Below, piece after piece: positions 1 through 9,229 of a DNA stretch of 56,163 bases (the first letter of the stretch is position 1; each line of letters opens with the position of its first letter). The notes under the pieces are model-generated. The model searched no databases and was not told where the DNA came from. It saw nothing but the letters and a program-made list of their open reading frames with translations. The translations under genes were made by a program, and so were the position numbers. Source of the DNA: an uncultured virus (IMG/VR IMGVR_UViG_3300007510_000003) (lineage: Duplodnaviria > Heunggongvirae > Uroviricota > Caudoviricetes); IMG/VR virus record IMGVR_UViG_3300007510_000003; one strand, given 5' to 3'.

Positions 1-2
1 GG

Positions 3-2252
3 TTAGGGTCCGAAGACGGTAGTCCAAAAGACCTTATGTTGACAGTGGGGTGGAACATGCCCAGTTCGGAGACAATCAAATCACTTAACTATACACCCCT
101 GCAAGTAAAGTCATTGAAGAGGCAATTGAAGACTTTTGTCATGAGTTATTACAAACACTCATTCAACTTCAATGAGGATGGGTCTTTCATGCTTCAGTGT
201 GATTATGTTTCAAGAACCAGTGAGGTATTTCAAGATATTGATGTAATGTCCGACGGTGACTCACACGTCCACAGTTATTATGATGGATTAATCTCTCAAA
301 TGGCCAAAGAAACACAACCGACTTTGAACAGAAATATACAGAGGGTCGTGAACGAGTATATTAATAGGGTGCATCCGACTGCTTCCGACGATACTAAGAA
401 GAAGATCCGAACCTTTTTCAAGAAGATTCCCAAAAAGGAACACAACCAAGTGACCACTCACATAAGTGTCCACACTGATTATTTTCAACAAAAGAAGACA
501 AAGAAGATAAATGCCGTACTAAATCATCTGACAGATAATAGCAAGATGTACAGGTTCGCAATAGAAGGAAAAGCATACAGAGAGAAGTTGTTCGATACTG
601 CCTTTAATAGGGTTATGAGGCCCCACTTCTATAAGTTAAATTTTGCTGACGACCAGATGCTCCCTCCGAAGATGCGTACAACTGGTGGATCACAGAAAGT
701 TGTGGACTTTAGAAGAGTATGTAGATTTAGGATGCAGGTTTCTAAGACGCTGGATGAGGAATTCTTAAAACCAGAAGAAAAGCGAGTAAAGGTTCAAAGA
801 ATGCTCGTAACTAAAGATTCTGAAGGTAATGAACTTCCAGGGTTGAGTATAATGGAAGAACAGGCCGCCGCTGATAGCGCAAATTATCGCCTGCCTGGTA
901 CTGATAAGTCATACATAGAGATATCTCCTACTAAAAAGACTACTGAAAGTGACAACCCCACCAAGAAAATAAAATCTAAAGTCGATCTGATTGCCGAGGG
1001 AGATGGCAAAACCAAAAAAGGTCGAAAGGCTGTCCTCGATGAAGAAAACAAAACCCATGCCAAAAAGGTGAAGGTTCTACAAGACAAACTTGAGAGAGCC
1101 AAGAAAGGAAACGACGACGGTTGGTTCGATGATCCATTATCAGTGCAGGTAGCGAAAGCTCAAAAAGAACTTGATGATGAGTTGGCCCGCCACGCCCAGG
1201 TATTGGCGACACTCGACAGCGAGCATGCTGTTCTGTTTTTTACAATGGGGGATATAATTTCTTCATTTTTGAAAGTTAGCGAAAGTGTCAAGGTGCTGGA
1301 GAAAGATAAAGTCAGTGTGATGTTGGGAAATATTCGTATCAATCGTGACTTTTATAATTTATATAAAATACCTATTGCGCTGGAAACTTATCAAAAGATC
1401 ATGAAGGATTTCGAACAGTCAACAGCAAGAAGGTTCACGTTGCAGAAATTAATAACATCGTTATTGAGGGAAGTGCAGAGGTACTACAATCAAGGGGATT
1501 ATGTTCTGGATTCTGGAAAACACACATCAGCATATAGTATGAAAGTGGGTCAATTCAGGACTACGCCAGAAAAGATTAAAAAATTGCGCACAGCGCCATC
1601 AGTTGACAAACTCTATGCAGAAGGGTACGGACAAGGCGGGGGTGATGAAACGGTGTACTATTACACAATGTCTCAAGCTTCGACAGAACTTAATATCCAA
1701 GATGCACTAAGATTAACGAAATGGGAAGTGGGCAAGGATAAGAGCATAATAAGAAAAATTTCTTTCAAGCAGGTGGAGAACCAAAGCATGAAGGCAAAGC
1801 AAGATGATAACATAGAAAAAGGATTTAGATCGGAGAATGGCCTGATTATGATACCGCAGCTTTACAATGTCGATATAACGAGCTTCGGGTTGATAGATTT
1901 TTACCCTGGATTATCCTTTTTTGTTAAGCCGAGTTTGATAGGTGTCGCAGATATTTCTGATTCACCAGTTTTTAAGGAGGTTGGACTAACTGGACTTTAT
2001 AACGTTATTAACGTGGAACACAAGATTGATTCATCAGGGTTTTCGACTTCCTTTAAGTGTTATAATGAATCGACCGTAGATTGGGCTGAGGCCATCGAGG
2101 CAATCAAACCCAAGAGCAAAGAAGAAAAGAAACGTCTTCTGGAGAGGCAAGCCACGGCCAAAAAAGAAAGAAATCTTGCGCGTATTATGAGAAAGATAGA
2201 AAGAGGAGACACCTTGACAGATGCCGAGACGGTGGCGATGATTAATGACTGA
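3..2252 (+). CDS. Large phage protein, 5'-truncated by the window; C-terminal region resembles baseplate hub / tail proteins
   Basis: Frame is open from position 3 to the ATG at 36. C-terminal pattern YNVDITSFGLIDFYPG...GLTGLYNVINVEHKIDSSGFSTSFKC resembles the end of gp27/VgrG-like hub proteins. Confidence 0.45.
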   Translation, partial: LGSEDGSPKDLMLTVGWNMPSSETIKSLNYTPLQVKSLKRQLKTFVMSYYKHSFNFNEDGSFMLQCDYVSRTSEVFQDIDVMSDGDSHVHSYYDGLISQMAKETQPTLNRNIQRVVNEYINRVHPTASDDTKKKIRTFFKKIPKKEHNQVTTHISVHTDYFQQKKTKKINAVLNHLTDNSKMYRFAIEGKAYREKLFDTAFNRVMRPHFYKLNFADDQMLPPKMRTTGGSQKVVDFRRVCRFRMQVSKTLDEEFLKPEEKRVKVQRMLVTKDSEGNELPGLSIMEEQAAADSANYRLPGTDKSYIEISPTKKTTESDNPTKKIKSKVDLIAEGDGKTKKGRKAVLDEENKTHAKKVKVLQDKLERAKKGNDDGWFDDPLSVQVAKAQKELDDELARHAQVLATLDSEHAVLFFTMGDIISSFLKVSESVKVLEKDKVSVMLGNIRINRDFYNLYKIPIALETYQKIMKDFEQSTARRFTLQKLITSLLREVQRYYNQGDYVLDSGKHTSAYSMKVGQFRTTPEKIKKLRTAPSVDKLYAEGYGQGGGDETVYYYTMSQASTELNIQDALRLTKWEVGKDKSIIRKISFKQVENQSMKAKQDDNIEKGFRSENGLIMIPQLYNVDITSFGLIDFYPGLSFFVKPSLIGVADISDSPVFKEVGLTGLYNVINVEHKIDSSGFSTSFKCYNESTVDWAEAIEAIKPKSKEEKKRLLERQATAKKERNLARIMRKIERGDTLTDAETVAMIND

Positions 2253-3348
2253 TTCAAAAAGAAAATTTCTAGAAAATTTAGGATATATGCGCGAGATTCA
2301 ATTCGAACCCAGTCTTGAGTCTTTTGATAATAGGTCTCCGAAACATCAGATGTATGGACGTATCGATTCGAATGGTAAGTCTATCGCCCCATTGAACCAC
2401 TCAGCAATAGAGCAAATCCCAGGCACTGAGATTAGTGCTCTGAATTTTGTTGTTGATGCGTTTGTTGAATTTTCTGCTAAATATGAGAGGTTGTCTCACC
2501 CCATAGAGGGAATACCAATCATTGTGGCACAGAGGGGGTATGTAAATCCGCTAGAATTGTATGATAGGCAATTAGAAAATTTATTTAGTGTGATTTATTC
2601 CGAGTATATTTTACCGCGAAAGGATAGCATAAAAAGTCTTGATCAGTTTGTGGAAGTTGTATTGCTTGCCATTAAAGACTATTCGCACCAGTCTCCAGTG
2701 ACTTACTCCAGGTTTGTTAAATCTGGATTATGTCCAATTCATGGTACTGGATTGGTTATAGAATTAATGAAGGCATCACATTCAGTCGACGGAATAGAAA
2801 CCAAGTTGAAAATTATCAACAGTCCTTCTTTTGATGCATATGCTAATCTTGCAGCGCAACATGGGTTCTCCCTAATGGCCCACGCGCCTTGGGCACTAGT
2901 CGCAAACATCAAAAGCAGACAAATGCTTGAATATGCCAGCCAATACGTTGGTGTCGAATCTGATATACAAAGTTCTTTTTACTATAACTGTCGCGGTTTC
3001 GACCTAGACAAGATCAAATATAGCATTGGGTCCTGGTACGATCTCTTGACCGCGGCTCACGGAGAGACGGCCACATATAAGATATGTAAGGATGGGTCCT
3101 TGTTAAGGGGTACAACTATCACAAGTAGAACGCCTGCCTCCGCAGCTGTCGCGGCATATGGGGATAAGAAGTGGTTTCAGTTGTATGTTAAAATCCTCGT
3201 ATTAGAAGAAAAAATAAATATTCCTAAAACAAAGATTGACAGACTTCTTGAAAACTGTTATAGTTTGCTCATAAAGGAAGGGTTTGAAAGATCTATGGAT
3301 TATGTAGAGAGAAAAATCCTTGAAATAAAGACAGATATTTATAGATAA
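2245..3348 (+). CDS. Hypothetical protein (367 aa)
   Basis: Long ORF overlapping the upstream stop; coupled to the next gene by a TAATG overlap. Confidence 0.75.
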   Translation: MTDSKRKFLENLGYMREIQFEPSLESFDNRSPKHQMYGRIDSNGKSIAPLNHSAIEQIPGTEISALNFVVDAFVEFSAKYERLSHPIEGIPIIVAQRGYVNPLELYDRQLENLFSVIYSEYILPRKDSIKSLDQFVEVVLLAIKDYSHQSPVTYSRFVKSGLCPIHGTGLVIELMKASHSVDGIETKLKIINSPSFDAYANLAAQHGFSLMAHAPWALVANIKSRQMLEYASQYVGVESDIQSSFYYNCRGFDLDKIKYSIGSWYDLLTAAHGETATYKICKDGSLLRGTTITSRTPASAAVAAYGDKKWFQLYVKILVLEEKINIPKTKIDRLLENCYSLLIKEGFERSMDYVERKILEIKTDIYR

Positions 3349-4466
3349 TGTATTTTCAGATAATTGACAATAACAAGAAGTGCTTGAAAATGTACGTCTC
3401 TGGTGATTTGGCAGATTTCCAAAATCTACCAGAACTCAATAAGACGTGGAGGCACACAGATCACCTCTCAGATAGGGACGATGTGGACTATGCATATTTG
3501 TACACCTCAGATGGGGAGATAGAATCGGTCTGCCCGATTTTCATTCTTGATTCTTGGAAGTGTACCTCGGGAAGAATTTCCGCAATCATGAAATCTGTCG
3601 TTACATCGAAATGTAACCTGCAGGATCACTGTATATATGATTATATACCTTCCGATATTTTGCTTGACTTTCTAAAGGACAAAGGAAACATTATAAAGCA
3701 TGCATTTGAGAATATTCGAAAGCCAGCGCACTACGATGTACTCAAAAAGGCACACATCCTAACAGAAGAGATGAATGCCAAGAGCAACCTTTACAATGGG
3801 GAACTGAAGAACACAAATTATAGTATCTTTGGAACGAGGACAGGCAGGTTGTCCAACAAGAAGTCTGGTATACCTATCCTGACCATGAAAAGGGAAGACA
3901 GATCCTCTTTGGAACCATCGAATGACCTCTTTGTCGAATTTGACTTCAACGCTGCAGAGTTGCGTACACTCCTTGCACTTTCGGGCAAGGAACAACCATT
4001 GAACGACATTCATGAATGGAATATGCAACAGACATCTGACGAGATCACCCGAGAGGAGATGAAGAAGCGAACTTTCGCCTGGTTATATAACCCTGAAGCG
4101 CGAGATCCTCTGCTGGAGAGACTTTACAACAGGGATTGGGTCAAAGATAACTATCGTCACAAAGACGGCGTAAAGACCCCCTTTTTGCGATATATTGAAA
4201 CTGATGAAAGAAGGGCACTAAACTATATTGTTCAAAGCACGAGCAGTGATGTCTGCATCGAGCAGGCATATAAGTTGAGAGATTTTTTTAAAGGATTTAG
4301 AACAAAAATCTGTTATTTGCTTCACGACTCTGTTATACTGGATTTTGCTAAAGAAGATAAAGAAAAGTTTTTGGAGGCGAAGAGTATATTTGCAGACACT
4401 AGGTTTGGAAAGTACGTTGTCAACTCTGGTATCGGTAAAAACTTTGGGGAAATGAAAGAGGTTTAA
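3348..4466 (+). CDS. Minimal family A DNA polymerase (polymerase domain only)
   Basis: GTRTGRLS, motif A FDFNAAELR, DIH, motif B REEMKKRTFAWLY, ALNYIVQSTSSD, motif C LLHDSVILD; no recognisable exonuclease domain. Confidence 0.85.
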   Translation: MYFQIIDNNKKCLKMYVSGDLADFQNLPELNKTWRHTDHLSDRDDVDYAYLYTSDGEIESVCPIFILDSWKCTSGRISAIMKSVVTSKCNLQDHCIYDYIPSDILLDFLKDKGNIIKHAFENIRKPAHYDVLKKAHILTEEMNAKSNLYNGELKNTNYSIFGTRTGRLSNKKSGIPILTMKREDRSSLEPSNDLFVEFDFNAAELRTLLALSGKEQPLNDIHEWNMQQTSDEITREEMKKRTFAWLYNPEARDPLLERLYNRDWVKDNYRHKDGVKTPFLRYIETDERRALNYIVQSTSSDVCIEQAYKLRDFFKGFRTKICYLLHDSVILDFAKEDKEKFLEAKSIFADTRFGKYVVNSGIGKNFGEMKEV

Positions 4467-5302
4467 TGTATACAGTAATAGGATTAGGCGGTGTCGGATG
4501 CCGCGTTGCCATGCAGTTCGACAAATACTCTCAGTACAATGTTATTTGCGTAGATGATTCCTCTGTTGAGTGGAAAGATAAACTGGTTGTAAAAAAGAAA
4601 GAAACCCCAGAAGAGTACGAAGAATCTTTCAAGACAATACCGAAAAGACTGAAAGACAAGATAAAAGATAAGGTAATCTTTGTACTTAGCGGTTCGAGTT
4701 TTGTTTCGTCTATTGCACTCAAGTTTTTGTATCAAATTAGAGACAAAGAAATTACAGTTGTCTGCGTTAGACCAGAGTTAGACCTTCTTGACGAAAAACA
4801 GTTGATGCATGAAAGGATGGTATTCTCTATAATGCAGGAGTATACTAGGTCAGGCATATTTAAAAACATATACTTGACAAGCAACTCTGAAATGGACACA
4901 CTGGTTGAAGATGCGAGTATAAAAGAGTATTACCCTGCAATCAACAGTTTGATCGCTTCTGTTTTCCACATGGTTATGGTGTTTGACCACCAGGATGCAG
5001 AGGTGAGTAACTTTTCGATAGTAAACGATTCTAGGAGAGTTTGCACTCTGGGAGTTTTAGATATGAAAGAGGGAAAAGAAAGTTTGCTGTATCCCTTGAC
5101 AAACAAAATGGACACCAGACTTTATTACGGTATTTCTCAACAAAGTTTAGCAGAAGACAAAAATCTGCAGAGAAATATTATAAAATTAATTAAAGACAAA
5201 AACGAAGAACTGTGCAAGTACAGTTACGGAGTCTACGAGACTCAGTATGAGACAGATTTTTGTTATATAAAGACATATTCTTCAAAAGTACAAGATTTTT
5301 AA
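4466..5302 (+). CDS. Divergent tubulin/FtsZ-like protein
   Basis: N-terminal VIGLGGVGCRVA (FtsZ T1-like), then VRPE, LTSN and YPAIN segments in FtsZ order; the GGGTGS/TG loop is replaced by SGSSFVSS. Confidence 0.6.
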   Translation: MYTVIGLGGVGCRVAMQFDKYSQYNVICVDDSSVEWKDKLVVKKKETPEEYEESFKTIPKRLKDKIKDKVIFVLSGSSFVSSIALKFLYQIRDKEITVVCVRPELDLLDEKQLMHERMVFSIMQEYTRSGIFKNIYLTSNSEMDTLVEDASIKEYYPAINSLIASVFHMVMVFDHQDAEVSNFSIVNDSRRVCTLGVLDMKEGKESLLYPLTNKMDTRLYYGISQQSLAEDKNLQRNIIKLIKDKNEELCKYSYGVYETQYETDFCYIKTYSSKVQDF

Positions 5303-5314
5303 AGAGAGATTAAG

Positions 5315-5869
5315 TTGAAAAACCCTGACCTAGTCATGTTTGTTGGTCCAATGTTCGGATCAAAGACAACAAGACTTATTGCAGCACTGGAAAGATACAA
5401 ATATCAAGGAAAGAAGATCCTGGCATTTAAACCAATGATCGACGACAGGTACTCTGCTGGAGAGATAGTGACTCACAACGGTGGACGCATCGATGCGCAT
5501 TGCGTTACGTCTGGAGCAGACATTCTCCGACATCTAAAGGAGAGTCCCGCCGAAGTGGTTGCCATCGACGAAGCGTTTATGATAAAAGGTGTAAGTAATG
5601 TTGCAATAAGTCTTTACAAGTCAGGTGTCTCTGTGTTAGTATCGAGTCTGGACCTATCCTCAAAGGCAGAACCTTTTAAGGAAGTGTCAAAGATGATGCC
5701 CTGGGCAACGAACGTGGTGAAGTGTCCATCAGTCTGCTCTAAGTGTGGTAGAGATGCTTACTTCACTTTTAGAAAGTTTGAGGACGACAGAGAGTTATTA
5801 ATTGGCGGTTCAGAAATGTATGAACCAAGATGTTTCAAACATTACAAAAAACAGTTGACAAGCAAATAA
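5315..5869 (+). CDS. tdk: Thymidine kinase
   Basis: GPMFGSKTT P-loop, FKPMIDDRY, IDEAF, CSKCG zinc site, IGGSEMYEPRCFKH. Confidence 0.95.
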   Translation: MKNPDLVMFVGPMFGSKTTRLIAALERYKYQGKKILAFKPMIDDRYSAGEIVTHNGGRIDAHCVTSGADILRHLKESPAEVVAIDEAFMIKGVSNVAISLYKSGVSVLVSSLDLSSKAEPFKEVSKMMPWATNVVKCPSVCSKCGRDAYFTFRKFEDDRELLIGGSEMYEPRCFKHYKKQLTSK

Positions 5870-5883
5870 ACATTTAGTATAGT
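5855..5883 (+). promoter_or_regulatory. Sigma70-type promoter
   Basis: TTGACA-17 nt-TATAGT, followed by an AAGGAGG RBS before ATG 5915. Confidence 0.8.
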
Positions 5884-5914
5884 ATAAAAACAATAAAAGA
5901 AAAGGAGGGCCCAA

Positions 5915-7153
5915 ATGCCTCACAACGTAGTGGATTTTCCACAAACCAAGGACGTGTTTCAGCAGATTATTGAGTACTGCAACACGCCTGAGAGAATCAA
6001 GCAGTGTTGTAACGAAAACAATGCATTTAAACCAGAAATGTTTGATTCAAACCACAAAGAACACATTGAAGGATTAATCGCTGTGAAGGTAGGTGAGCAG
6101 GTCTACAATAAGCAAAGGTCAAAGTATCAGGTGCGCCCTGATACAATCAATCATGCGAAGGTCAAACAGTTTGCCGCTCAAGCGAATCAGGGTGTACTTA
6201 ATGAGCGTGGAAAATTAGAGTTTGGAATTAGAACCCCCCTAAATCTCATACCATACAATAATTTGAACAACGTAACCCATATTCTAGAGGGCATAGGAGG
6301 ATTCAACAGGGACGCAATGCTTCCTCTGACAAATCTTACTTATTTTCCAGCAATATTGGATAGGGATTTCATGTCACTTAAAACAAGATATGAGAAGAAC
6401 AGATATTTGAGACAACTAAATTCTCATCCAGACAACGGAGAACCAAACAGTGAGGCAGCAATTAAGAATGGCATTGCTTCTGCGCTAACAACAGGTTCTG
6501 GCGTCTTGCAAGACGAGATTGCCGCTGTCAATCAGATTAACCGCCAACTTGAAGATCAAAGGATTGACAATTCTACTAGAAGATCACTGAAGAGTCAGCG
6601 AGGTAGGTTGAGAACTAAAATCGTTGATTTTTTGCTTCCAGATGTTATCAAAGATAGTGGATATCGTTGGTCCGAGGAATATGCAACAAAGTGTATTACG
6701 AATGTGTTTAATAGTTGGTGCTATCAAGAACAAAAAGCAGCGTATTCATATTCTGATGCAGAAATGATTAAGATGGAATCAGAAGAGAAGGAGTCCGTAA
6801 ACTCTAACAAGGTTATCGTCAAGAGACACAGTGGAAAAGCAAACGGCACAAAAAGACAGATCTGTGGAGACTTGTGGAACATGATTGTGAACCATCGGGA
6901 GCAGAACAACGGCGCACTGCCAGAAGAAGTTAGAGTCCTAGTTTCTCTTACCGGTTCGGGCGGTGATAAAAACTTGCACAATCATCGAATTAAGTTTCAC
7001 GATTACCTAGATCGTCTTATCGGCGACGCCTATCCAAGCGTCACCTTGAATGTCAAGTATATGGGGCAATCGCAATCTTATCCAGTAGAGACTGTTGGGC
7101 AACTTTACGACATCGATCACGTAAGAAAAAACTTTAAAGAATTAGACAATTAA
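5915..7153 (+). CDS. Hypothetical protein with ParB/Srx-like N-terminal region
   Basis: YQVRPDTIN...GIRTPL...IGGFNR and later LNSHPDNGEP, paralleling 43694..44737. Confidence 0.5.
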   Translation: MPHNVVDFPQTKDVFQQIIEYCNTPERIKQCCNENNAFKPEMFDSNHKEHIEGLIAVKVGEQVYNKQRSKYQVRPDTINHAKVKQFAAQANQGVLNERGKLEFGIRTPLNLIPYNNLNNVTHILEGIGGFNRDAMLPLTNLTYFPAILDRDFMSLKTRYEKNRYLRQLNSHPDNGEPNSEAAIKNGIASALTTGSGVLQDEIAAVNQINRQLEDQRIDNSTRRSLKSQRGRLRTKIVDFLLPDVIKDSGYRWSEEYATKCITNVFNSWCYQEQKAAYSYSDAEMIKMESEEKESVNSNKVIVKRHSGKANGTKRQICGDLWNMIVNHREQNNGALPEEVRVLVSLTGSGGDKNLHNHRIKFHDYLDRLIGDAYPSVTLNVKYMGQSQSYPVETVGQLYDIDHVRKNFKELDN

Positions 7154-7154
7154 G

Positions 7155-7183
7155 TTGACAAACAAAAAAACGTTTAGTATAGT
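7155..7183 (+). promoter_or_regulatory. Sigma70-type promoter, near copy of the 5855 promoter
   Basis: TTGACA-17 nt-TATAGT; 34/38 identity over 5853-5890 versus 7153-7190. Confidence 0.8.
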
Positions 7184-7265
7184 ATAGAAAGTTGGTCAGA
7201 AGATTTGCTGACCCGCTATAGCCGAAAGTGTGCAAAAAAATAACATACCATAGGAGGTAATAAAA

Positions 7266-8021
7266 ATGGCACTGAATTTAGATCTTATGAAGCAAAAGAT
7301 GGCTTCATTATCAGGAAAGGGTGACGGTAAGAAGAACAACTTCTGGCGTCCACAAGATGGTGAGAACAATATTCGTATTGTTCCGACAGCGGATGGCGAC
7401 CCATTCAAGGAGAAGTTTTTCCACTATGGAGTGGGTGATCAATCCTTCTTGTGTCCAAAACGAAACTTCGGAGATAAGTGTCCAGTCTGTGATTTCGCAA
7501 ATCAACTATGGAACGAAGGCACCGAAGAGAGCAAGCAACTCGCCAAGGGTATGTTTGCGAAGCAGAGATTCTTTTCACCCGTCTTGGTGAGAGGGGAAGA
7601 GGCAGAAGGCGTCAAGGTCTGGGGTTATGGTAAGTTAGCATACCAGAAACTTCTCGGCATCGTCCTTGATCCTGATTATGGGGATATTACTGATCCAGAG
7701 GACGGTAATGACCTCAAGTTGATGTACGGTAAGCAGCCTGGTGCTTCTTATCCTACAACAGACATTCGACCACGCCCTCGCAAGTCGGTTCTTTGTGACG
7801 ACGCTGTGGGCGGCGACGAGCGATGTGCAGAGTTGTTGGAAAAGGTTCCGAACATTGACAGTGTCTTTGAAAGAAAGACGACCGAAGAAGTGAGAGGAAT
7901 CCTAGATGCACATCTTAGTGGCGATACGGACAAGTCCGAGATCACTCGTGGAGGTGGCAACACGGAGGTCAAGTCTGAAACAGATGCTGTCTCATCAGCA
8001 TTTAATGAGCTTCTTGGTTGA
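7266..8021 (+). CDS. T4 gp32-like single-stranded DNA-binding protein
   Basis: FWRP, IRIVP, CPKRNFGDKCPVCD zinc motif, GVKVWGYGK, DITDPEDGND; C-terminal FNELLG; located next to RecA. Confidence 0.85.
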   Translation: MALNLDLMKQKMASLSGKGDGKKNNFWRPQDGENNIRIVPTADGDPFKEKFFHYGVGDQSFLCPKRNFGDKCPVCDFANQLWNEGTEESKQLAKGMFAKQRFFSPVLVRGEEAEGVKVWGYGKLAYQKLLGIVLDPDYGDITDPEDGNDLKLMYGKQPGASYPTTDIRPRPRKSVLCDDAVGGDERCAELLEKVPNIDSVFERKTTEEVRGILDAHLSGDTDKSEITRGGGNTEVKSETDAVSSAFNELLG

Positions 8022-8032
8022 GGTGACGTAGG

Positions 8033-9172
8033 ATGGCAAAAGTAACAAAAATGAAACCAGGAGGTTTGTCCACGAAGGACATTATAAAGTCACTCAACAA
8101 GTCTGCTGGTGGTGTTGTTGCTTATAATCTCAAGGAGGAGAACCCAACCAAGGTCAAGGAGTGGATTCCTACGGGATCCAGATGGTTAGACTCTATTATT
8201 TGTAAGGGTCGACTCGCTGGAATTCCCGTAGGGAAGATCTCCGAGATAGCAGGTCTCGAAGCGACGGGCAAGTCTTTTATGGCAGCTCAGGTAGCAGCTA
8301 ATGCACAGCAGATGGGATACCGTGTAGCATATTTTGATTCAGAGTCGGCGATTGATCCAGAGTTTCTTTCGAGAGCGGGATGTGATCTTGAAGATGAAGA
8401 CAATGGGTTAATTTATGTACAGGCACACTCTGTGGAGATGGTGATGGCCACAATTGAGGATCTCTTGAAGATGCCTCAAAAGTGGTTGTTTATCTGGGAC
8501 TCCCTGGCACTCACTCCATCAGAGCATGATTTGGAATCGGACTACAATCCCCAATCGTCGATGGCAATGAAGGCGCGAGTGTTATCTAAGGGTATGCCCA
8601 AGTTGGTACAACCTATTGCGAATGCTGGCGCTACACTGTTGGTATTAAACCAACTTAAAACAAATATCACTAGGTCCCCATCTGAGGCATTGACAACGCC
8701 TTACATGACACCAGGTGGTAAGACTTTGCCATATTCCTACTCTCTAAGAGTGTGGTTAACTGGAAGGAAGGCAAAGGCATCATTTGTCACGGATGACAAT
8801 GGTTTTAGGATTGGTTCCGAAGTGAAGTGTAAGATTGAAAAGTCTCGATTTGGGTCAACTGGTAGAACTTGCAACTTTAAGATCCTTTGGGGTGATTCCG
8901 ATACTGTCGGTGTACAAGATAAGGAAAGTTGGTTCGATGCAATTCAAATTTCTGAAAACCTGAAGCAGTCAGGTGCTTGGTACGCTCTTGTTCATAGTGA
9001 CGGAACGGAAGAGAAATTTCAGAGAGCACATTGGGTTTCGAAATTGCAAGATGAGAGATTTAAGAAAAGAGTTTTGCAAATCATGGATGATGATGTTATA
9101 ATGAAATTCAGCAACAAAACAGGAAACGCTTCTGATTTTTATGATCAGGAGGATCCCCCCACCAAAGACTGA
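8033..9172 (+). CDS. recA: RecA/UvsX recombinase
   Basis: WIPTGSRWLD, GIPVGKISEIAGLEATGKS Walker A, FDSESA, IWDSLA, LNQL, TPGGKTLPY. Confidence 0.95.
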   Translation: MAKVTKMKPGGLSTKDIIKSLNKSAGGVVAYNLKEENPTKVKEWIPTGSRWLDSIICKGRLAGIPVGKISEIAGLEATGKSFMAAQVAANAQQMGYRVAYFDSESAIDPEFLSRAGCDLEDEDNGLIYVQAHSVEMVMATIEDLLKMPQKWLFIWDSLALTPSEHDLESDYNPQSSMAMKARVLSKGMPKLVQPIANAGATLLVLNQLKTNITRSPSEALTTPYMTPGGKTLPYSYSLRVWLTGRKAKASFVTDDNGFRIGSEVKCKIEKSRFGSTGRTCNFKILWGDSDTVGVQDKESWFDAIQISENLKQSGAWYALVHSDGTEEKFQRAHWVSKLQDERFKKRVLQIMDDDVIMKFSNKTGNASDFYDQEDPPTKD

Positions 9173-9187
9173 CATAGTGTTCGGTCG

Positions 9188-9216
9188 ACCCCCTGTGAAA
9201 GCAGGGGGTTTTTTTT
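9188..9216 (+). terminator. Rho-independent terminator
   Basis: ACCCCCTG-TGAAAG-CAGGGGGT stem-loop followed by a T run. Confidence 0.85.
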
Positions 9217-9229
9217 ACTAAGGAGTTAT

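Noticed and set aside
4466..5302. Evidence for a nucleus-forming (PhuZ/chimallin) phage
   Set aside because: The tubulin is degenerate, no chimallin or multisubunit RNAP is recognisable here, and genes use host-type sigma70 promoters.
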